Translations under genes and position numbers: made by a program
Notes under the pieces: generated by a model
Told to the model about the DNA's origin: nothing
The model's input: only the letters and a program-made list of their open reading frames with translations
Database searches by the model: none
Shown here: piece after piece, positions 58,032 through 64,000 of the stretch
How positions within the stretch are numbered: position 1 is the stretch's first letter
Layout of the letters: each line of letters opens with the position of its first letter
Virus record (IMG/VR): IMGVR_UViG_3300032287_004484
Coordinates: 62,001-126,000 of that record
Strand: one strand, 5' to 3'
DNA: 64,000 nt

Positions 58032-58396
58032 TTTAATTCTAATTTTTTAAAAATAAAAGAATCTAGAAGTTTTTTATAATTAGAAATCATTAATAAAATA
58101 TAATTTAGTTTTGAATTTTTAACATTTAATAATTTTTCTGTTATTTGATGTGGAATAATCCAATTATCGTTAAAAGATTTTTTTATTTCTTGAATATCTT
58201 CTTCTATATTATTTAAATCTTTATTTTTGATTTTATTTTTTATAGAATCAATTTTATTTTTCCAATCTTTTAAAAATACATCGCTAACTGATCCTTCTAA
58301 ATTAGAAAGATCAGAAGTAAATAAATCAAGTTCTTTATTTAGAATATAGAAAAAATTATTGTTTTCTATTTCTTCTAAATAACTAATTAATTTCAA
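58028..58396 (-). CDS. hypothetical protein
   Basis: 122-aa ORF with TTG start after GAGG, abutting the upstream gene. Confidence 0.6.
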   Translation of the reverse strand: MKLISYLEEIENNNFFYILNKELDLFTSDLSNLEGSVSDVFLKDWKNKIDSIKNKIKNKDLNNIEEDIQEIKKSFNDNWIIPHQITEKLLNVKNSKLNYILLMISNYKKLLDSFIFKKLELN

Positions 58397-58762
58397 TTAA
58401 ATTCCTCGCTCAGAAGAATTTATTATTTTTCCATTACAACTAAAGAAGTTTTCGGTAAATTTTAAGACTAAATTAGGATCATATTCTGCACAAGAAAAAA
58501 CATCTAAATATATTTCTCCAATATTTTCAGCAAAGTGTGCTGTTATAGAACTTGTTTCTATTGCTTGTAATACTGTTATTCCATATAATTTTTCATCATG
58601 AGAAGCAAATTTTTCTATCCATGTATTTCCGTACATTTTCATTTGAATTTCATCACATAATTCTTTAATAAATATTTTAACAGTTTCTGGATCACTTATT
58701 TTTTCTTTATTAGCGCTTTTAAAATCAAAAGCACAAGATAGTCCCCAAGCATTTTTATTCAT
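58397..58762 (-). CDS. SAM-decarboxylase-family pyruvoyl proenzyme, divergent ETS type
   Basis: GITVLQAIETSSITAHF..YLDVFSC..ERG. Confidence 0.85.
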   Translation of the reverse strand: MNKNAWGLSCAFDFKSANKEKISDPETVKIFIKELCDEIQMKMYGNTWIEKFASHDEKLYGITVLQAIETSSITAHFAENIGEIYLDVFSCAEYDPNLVLKFTENFFSCNGKIINSSERGI

Positions 58763-59123
58763 CTAGAGTTCCTCTATTTATTTTAATTATTCTTTTTTCT
58801 TTTGGTTTTAAAACTCTTACTATAAAATCCATTCCTACTTCTGGTTTACAAGTATTTCCACAAGTAAAAATATCAAAATGCCCATAACCAAATTCTGGAT
58901 ATGTATGTACTGAACAATGTGATTCTGATAATATCCAAACTCCAGTTACTCCTTGCGGATCAAATTTATGTTCAACATATTTAAGCGGAGTTGCTCCAGT
59001 TTCAATGGAAGCTAATCTTAATAATTCTTTTATTTTTTCTGGATCATCTAATATATTATTTTGACAATCCCATAAATCAGCTACAATATGTTCTCCATTT
59101 ACAAGGTATTCTTCCTTTTCCAA
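58755..59123 (-). CDS. speD: S-adenosylmethionine decarboxylase proenzyme, canonical ESH type
   Basis: GEHIVADL, HKFDPQGVTG..LSESHCSVHTYPE..DIFTCG; TTG start. Confidence 0.92.
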   Translation of the reverse strand: MEKEEYLVNGEHIVADLWDCQNNILDDPEKIKELLRLASIETGATPLKYVEHKFDPQGVTGVWILSESHCSVHTYPEFGYGHFDIFTCGNTCKPEVGMDFIVRVLKPKEKRIIKINRGTLDE

Positions 59124-59164
59124 TCTTTTTCATTTTCCTCCTAAAAAAAAAGTAAAAGTTTTTT

Positions 59165-59326
59165 TTATTTATTGCTACTATTAACTATATTTTCATATAA
59201 TTTCTTTTTCTTTAAAAGATTACTTTCATCTTCTTTTATTTGAATTAATTGCTGTTTAGCATCTAAAATTTCTTTTTCATTGTAAATGTTTTTTACTTCT
59301 TTAACATATTTTTTAAAATCTAACAT
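59165..59326 (-). CDS. 53-aa protein absent from the ORF track (MLDFKKYVKE...NSSNK)
   Basis: GAGGAG RBS 8 nt before the ATG; open frame fills the intergenic gap. Confidence 0.7.
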   Translation of the reverse strand: MLDFKKYVKEVKNIYNEKEILDAKQQLIQIKEDESNLLKKKKLYENIVNSSNK

Positions 59327-59376
59327 AAGTGTAACTCCTCAATAAAAATATATTTATGATTTTTTAAATATTTATT

Positions 59377-59916
59377 TTATTTTTTACATTCCTTTTTTAA
59401 AATATTATTATAAGAATTATTCTCTATATCAGATATTTTTAACTGATATTTATTAATAATTTTTATAAAAGATGTAATATATAAACATTTATTAAAAGGT
59501 GGCATCCATTTATCTGGTCCTTTAGAACCTTTAGACCTATTCATTTTAATAGATAAAGGAACTAAATGATTTTCATCTACATAATTATTGGCATAACTAT
59601 TTTTTTGTTTTTTAGTCCATTTATCCGCTCCATGATCATATGCCCATTTTAATGGTACAGTATGATCAATATCTATATCACTTGGATTAGAAAAATATTT
59701 ATCTTCCCAAATAGAATACCATTCGCCACTAAGGATAGTGCAATTTTTAGAATCAAGAGTAATTATATCTCTAGTTTTAATTATTAAAATATGCTCTCTA
59801 GTAGTAATACAGCCTTTATAAGTATTCCAACCTTCTCCAAAAAGATTTCTATCATATTTATCTTGAGAAGATAAATTAGTTAGTATTATAAGAAAAATAA
59901 ATATTATTTTTTTCAT
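59377..59916 (-). CDS. secreted DUF1524/HNH-type nuclease
   Basis: Signal peptide MKKIIFIFLIILTNLSS; DIDHTVPL..A..HGA..W, NRSKGSKGPDKWMPP; ATG at 59916 preferred over the track start at 59934. Confidence 0.85.
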   Translation of the reverse strand: MKKIIFIFLIILTNLSSQDKYDRNLFGEGWNTYKGCITTREHILIIKTRDIITLDSKNCTILSGEWYSIWEDKYFSNPSDIDIDHTVPLKWAYDHGADKWTKKQKNSYANNYVDENHLVPLSIKMNRSKGSKGPDKWMPPFNKCLYITSFIKIINKYQLKISDIENNSYNNILKKECKK

Positions 59917-59924
59917 TTTATGTC

Positions 59925-61133
59925 CTATGTCCATTGTTTTTGTTTAATATTATCGCCATATAATACTTTAGATTCACTAGGCATAGTATTTCCTTCAACA
60001 AAATCTTTACAAAAAGAAACCCAATCATGTGCAGTATTTACAGGAACGTTTTGAAAAACAGCGTTATAATAATCATTTTGTAGATTAAAATCATTTGGTA
60101 AACCCATAAAAATCATGTGTTCTCTTACAGATAAATAGCGATCTTCAGTTGGATGAAGCATATTAGGAGCTCTCATTGTGATTGCATTAAATGGAATTCC
60201 ATCTCGATAAAAATGAGAAGAAGCGTTCCACCAACCTTTTCCAAGAGACATTTTATATTTAGCATACTCAATATGTTTAATGTGTTTTTCATTTTTGATA
60301 GGATCTTCATTTTTTAAAAACTCAATAAAATCATCTTGAAGATTCATTTGAAATAAGAAATACTCAATAGAAACTGATTTTGGTAATTCTTTATATTTTG
60401 CTAACATTTCTGTTCGCCATTCTTTTCCAAATTTCTGAGAACAGTATTTATAGTAATTTGTTTCAGTAAAAATATCTTTTAAAATACATTTTTGGTGTTC
60501 AGGAGTATCTTTATAAGAATTATATTGTTCTTGTAGTATTTCTTTTGGCGACAAATGAGGTTTATTAAACCATTTAAAATTTGGAGCAAATTCTGAATCC
60601 CAAAAGAAAACAAAAGATCTTTTTCTATTTTGAGGTAATCCATGTAAACTAGAAGTTGTAAATACAAAAGAAATACTATATCCATGTTTTTGTCCAATAC
60701 TTATAGCTTGTTCACGAACCCAACTTCCAAAGTTTTGCATTAAACCAGGTGCATTTTCAAAAATCATTACTTTTGGTTTTATATCTCTTAAAACAAGAGA
60801 AGAAGTTAAATACATCCACATATTTGATTTATAATCATGTTCAGCATTAGCTGTTTTATTACTTATAGTTGGATTAAGACGAGATAATCCAGCACAAGGT
60901 GGAACAGCACTTACAATCATAGTATTTTTAAAAATATCGTCATTAAGACCTATAGAATCTAAATTATCATTATCAAGAGTTCTAAACGGAACTCCTTTGA
61001 AATAATTTTTAAAATTTTGTTCATTAGTTGCAAATCCATCCCAAGATACAGCCCAACTAGGATCTTCACCTAAAGCTTTTGTGGCTCCTAAAGCCATACC
61101 ACCAATTAGTGGTATTATTGTTCCATGTTTCAT
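59925..61133 (-). CDS. DNA (cytosine-5) methyltransferase
   Basis: Variant motif I IPLIGG, PPCAGLS, FENAPGL, PQNRKR, RYLSVRE, QNVPV. Confidence 0.9.
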   Translation of the reverse strand: MKHGTIIPLIGGMALGATKALGEDPSWAVSWDGFATNEQNFKNYFKGVPFRTLDNDNLDSIGLNDDIFKNTMIVSAVPPCAGLSRLNPTISNKTANAEHDYKSNMWMYLTSSLVLRDIKPKVMIFENAPGLMQNFGSWVREQAISIGQKHGYSISFVFTTSSLHGLPQNRKRSFVFFWDSEFAPNFKWFNKPHLSPKEILQEQYNSYKDTPEHQKCILKDIFTETNYYKYCSQKFGKEWRTEMLAKYKELPKSVSIEYFLFQMNLQDDFIEFLKNEDPIKNEKHIKHIEYAKYKMSLGKGWWNASSHFYRDGIPFNAITMRAPNMLHPTEDRYLSVREHMIFMGLPNDFNLQNDYYNAVFQNVPVNTAHDWVSFCKDFVEGNTMPSESKVLYGDNIKQKQWT

Positions 61134-61144
61134 TTATAAAATCC

Positions 61145-62254
61145 TTATAAAATTTTAGTTATAGATAATTTTATTTCTTCTTGTGAACATTTTATGTATT
61201 TATCAATTAAATTGTTCAAAAAATTATCATCTATATTTCTATTACTAATTTCAAAAGAATCATCAATTAATAATTTATCTAAATCGCTTTTATCTTTAAT
61301 ACCTTCTTCAACATACACTGAATTATGTATAAATGGTATTACTCCTCTTGTTAGGGCTTCTATAAAGCGAGGAGAAAAAGCATTTTTATCATAACCTGGA
61401 AGTATTAAAGTATATTTAGATTTTTTTAGATATTCAATATATTCTTCTTTAGTAATGTTAGTAAAAATATTTTTATATTTATCTTGTAAAAATATATTAC
61501 TATTTTGTAAAGAATAAAATTTATCGTATAATTTTTGAACATACTTTCTATCTGGAGTTAAACAAGTAAATCCAATACACCAATCATGTTCTTTTTTATT
61601 ATCTAATTCAAGATGTTCTGAGTGATAAATTTTAATAAAAGGATGTTGTTGAGTTTTAAAAAGTTTAGAATCATAAATAAAAAATCTACGATAATCTAAT
61701 TCTTTCACTAAATCTACATCACTATGATTACTTTCTTGTGGATCATGTAAGAAATGATTCCAAGGTATGTTAAAAGTTTTTACAAAACTATAATGATTAA
61801 TAAATTTTTGAGTTGTTTTGCGAGTGCTCATAAAATTAATAAATTTATTTTCTTTAATTCCTTTATTTAAAAAATTAGGTTTATAGTATTTTACTCCACT
61901 GCTCATAATACCAAAAACTTCTACAAAAGACACTGGATCTATTATTCCTTTTAATTTTTGGTATCCTTCCATACATTCAGAAATAAATTTATCCCAAGTT
62001 GTGATTTCTTTTTTTTCATTCATAATGAAACAATCAAAAATACTATTAAGATATTTATCGTGATTTTTAACATGATTAAAGTTTTCAAAATCTGATATAA
62101 GCGCAATATTATATTGATCTTTAAATTTTGTTAACCAATAAGTATAAGTTATATATGAATGTTTTGATGCGTTCCTTAAATTAAAGGGTGCGCCAAAACC
62201 AACTACAATAGTTTTTTTATTTTGATTAAAAGAATTCTTTTTCTCAAATCTCAT
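61145..62254 (-). CDS. GT-B glycosyltransferase, possibly DNA-modifying
   Basis: EYIEYLKKSKYTLILPGYD..FSPRFIEAL..GVIPF C-terminal GT-B motif; next to the MTase. Confidence 0.7.
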   Translation of the reverse strand: MRFEKKNSFNQNKKTIVVGFGAPFNLRNASKHSYITYTYWLTKFKDQYNIALISDFENFNHVKNHDKYLNSIFDCFIMNEKKEITTWDKFISECMEGYQKLKGIIDPVSFVEVFGIMSSGVKYYKPNFLNKGIKENKFINFMSTRKTTQKFINHYSFVKTFNIPWNHFLHDPQESNHSDVDLVKELDYRRFFIYDSKLFKTQQHPFIKIYHSEHLELDNKKEHDWCIGFTCLTPDRKYVQKLYDKFYSLQNSNIFLQDKYKNIFTNITKEEYIEYLKKSKYTLILPGYDKNAFSPRFIEALTRGVIPFIHNSVYVEEGIKDKSDLDKLLIDDSFEISNRNIDDNFLNNLIDKYIKCSQEEIKLSITKIL

Positions 62255-63246
62255 TCTTTATTTTCCTTATTAAATTGTTTTTCAATCCATTTAAAAGTTT
62301 TTTTCATTCCATCTTCTAATTTAGTTGAAGGTTCCCAATTTAATAATTCTTTAATTAAAGTATTATCACTATTACGACTCTTAACACCTTGTGGAGCACT
62401 AACATTATAAATATAAGTTGAATCTATAATATCAGTTTTAGAAATTTTCATTGCTAAATCATGCAAATATTGAATAGTAACTCCTTGACTAGAACCTAAA
62501 TTAACTGGACCTTGAATTTTATTATTTATTAATTTATGTATTCCAACAATTGCATCTTCTATGTACATAAAAGATCTTCGTTGTTTACCATCTCCCCAAA
62601 TTTCAACATGATCTTTTTTCATATTAATATATTCAATAATTTTTCTAATTGAAGCAGCTGGAGCTTTTTCTTTTCCATCTTTCCAAGATCCATGAGGTCC
62701 ATAAACATTATGAAAACGAGCAATCGTAACTGGAACTCCAAATTCTTTATTAAGATAACGATAAAGTTCTTCACAATATAATTTATTTAATCCATACATT
62801 AAATCAGGATGTGCTGGCCACGCATCACTTTCTTTTAACATAATATCTTTAGAATCATCAGTTTGAAGAGAATCGTTATAGACACAAGCAGATGAAGAGA
62901 AAAAAACATGTGGCTTATTCTCACTTTTTAAAATACTTTCTATTAAATTAATATGAATCTTTCCTGATAATCCAGTTAAAAGATGATTATGTTCGCAATA
63001 TCCGATTCCACCCATATCCTCAGCTAGGTTATAAATAATATTAACACCTTGAGTAACTGAGTCAGTAATTTGAGGATTGACCATATCTCCTTTTTTACCA
63101 TGATAATTATCAGCTTCTTTAAATCTTTGATACCATTCATTTTTTGGTTTTTTATCATAAGCTTTAACTTCGTAACCTAAATCTAGACAGCTTTTAACAA
63201 GATGTCCACCTATAAATCCACCTGCTCCGCAAACAGAAACTTTCAT
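62251..63246 (-). CDS. NAD-dependent sugar epimerase, GDP-mannose 3,5-epimerase-like
   Basis: GAGGFIG, LAEDMGGIGY, SSSACVY, YGLNK, RFHNVYGP.G.W..GKEKAPAA, GVKSRNSDNTLI. Confidence 0.88.
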   Translation of the reverse strand: MKVSVCGAGGFIGGHLVKSCLDLGYEVKAYDKKPKNEWYQRFKEADNYHGKKGDMVNPQITDSVTQGVNIIYNLAEDMGGIGYCEHNHLLTGLSGKIHINLIESILKSENKPHVFFSSSACVYNDSLQTDDSKDIMLKESDAWPAHPDLMYGLNKLYCEELYRYLNKEFGVPVTIARFHNVYGPHGSWKDGKEKAPAASIRKIIEYINMKKDHVEIWGDGKQRRSFMYIEDAIVGIHKLINNKIQGPVNLGSSQGVTIQYLHDLAMKISKTDIIDSTYIYNVSAPQGVKSRNSDNTLIKELLNWEPSTKLEDGMKKTFKWIEKQFNKENKE

Positions 63247-63329
63247 TTTTTCTCCTTATATTTCGTAAAAGTTATCACTATATTAAATAATTTTATTAAT
63301 ACTTTTTTCTTATGTTTATCTTTTTCATA

Positions 63330-63593
63330 TTATAATTTAGTTTTTTTTGAATTAAAAAAAGCACTAGACGTTGAATTAGAAGCGCTACTATTATAAGTTG
63401 GACTTGATGTAAATATATTATCAACATTTAAAAAAGGTTGTGAGGTTCCAGTATATGTACTTTTATTATTAACATATTGATCAACATAAGGCACTATTGG
63501 TTTTTCTTCTTCTACTAAAATACAAAATTCATCAACATTTATTAATTCATCTTTGAATAATTTAAGAAGAATTTTAATTTTTTCTTTATTCAT
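63330..63593 (-). CDS. small hypothetical protein
   Basis: 87-aa ORF overlapping the upstream gene. Confidence 0.6.
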   Translation of the reverse strand: MNKEKIKILLKLFKDELINVDEFCILVEEEKPIVPYVDQYVNNKSTYTGTSQPFLNVDNIFTSSPTYNSSASNSTSSAFFNSKKTKL

Positions 63594-64000
63594 GTTTTTT
63601 CATCTCATTATTATAATATAAATATTTTATTTTAGTTATTTCTGGTAATAAATCGTGAATTGATTCTTTTTCTAGTTTGATAGTATTCTCATATCCCCAA
63701 ACTTCATTTTTTAAATCTTTAATTAAATCATGTTCATTTCTTTGCTGATGAACCGTAATTTTATTAAAAATTATTTTTTGTCTTAAATTAACAAGATTTT
63801 GTAATAAGTATGCTCCCCATATATCATCATATCTTCCAATATTACATAACATCATATATTTAGATATAAGACTTCTATGAATAAAAGTATTCTGAGAATT
63901 AAATGGAGTGAATTGATATGTTGTAAAAGGTCCATCATAAAAAGAATCGTATTCATTATATTTCCAATCAGGAGAATTAGATAATCTACAGATTGCCGAT
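63586..64000 (-). CDS. C-terminal part of an RGP/STELLO-like (GT75-related) glycosyltransferase or mutase, truncated by the window edge
   Basis: Frame is open beyond the track start to the edge: SAICRL..PFNSQNTF..GRYDDIW..HQQRNEHDLIKDL. Confidence 0.75.
   Translation of the reverse strand, partial: SAICRLSNSPDWKYNEYDSFYDGPFTTYQFTPFNSQNTFIHRSLISKYMMLCNIGRYDDIWGAYLLQNLVNLRQKIIFNKITVHQQRNEHDLIKDLKNEVWGYENTIKLEKESIHDLLPEITKIKYLYYNNEMKKHE

Noticed and set aside
1913-63396. Short shadow ORFs (e.g. 1913, 5240, 8640, 15854, 24251, 29042, 35686, 38461, 38911, 46126, 50645, 55967, 56897, 60479, 61194, 62222, 63202)
   Set aside because: They lie antisense to or out of frame within well-supported genes and show no recognisable motifs
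1-64000. Stop-codon reassignment (alternative genetic code)
   Set aside because: Genes are full length and tightly packed in code 11; TAA, TGA and occasional TAG all end genes at sensible positions
1-64000. tRNA or rRNA genes
   Set aside because: No cloverleaf or T-loop signature seen in the few intergenic gaps; not checked with tRNAscan

Overview
A 64-kb segment of a very AT-rich, large T4-like (myovirus/jumbo) phage genome read in the standard genetic code. 1-28871 is a minus-strand block of fibre/adhesin and baseplate genes: a 2OG-Fe(II) oxygenase, a Gly-rich adhesin, three paralogous beta-propeller+Ig fibres, four genes sharing one C-terminal module, and gp7/gp6/gp25-like wedge genes. 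29115-58031 is mostly plus strand: portal, GT-A glycosyltransferase, hub, tape measure, gp53-like protein, central spike, NAD-dependent ligase, 5'-3' exonuclease, gp26-like chaperones, a late sigma-like factor and terminase. 58028-64000 is a minus-strand metabolic/modification cluster: two different SAM-decarboxylase-family proenzymes, a secreted DUF1524-type nuclease, a C5 cytosine methyltransferase, a GT-B glycosyltransferase, a GDP-mannose 3,5-epimerase-like enzyme and a truncated RGP/STELLO-like glycosyltransferase. The strongest unexplained signal is at 51050-51401: three copies of one phage promoter spaced exactly 155 bp apart bracket two ~97-nt ORF-less units. These share a 27/30-identical core ending in an anti-Shine-Dalgarno-like UCUCCAG and carry terminators with two compensatory base-pair changes, so they look like a tandem pair of phage small RNAs. 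All protein calls come from motif recognition by eye; no database searches were run.
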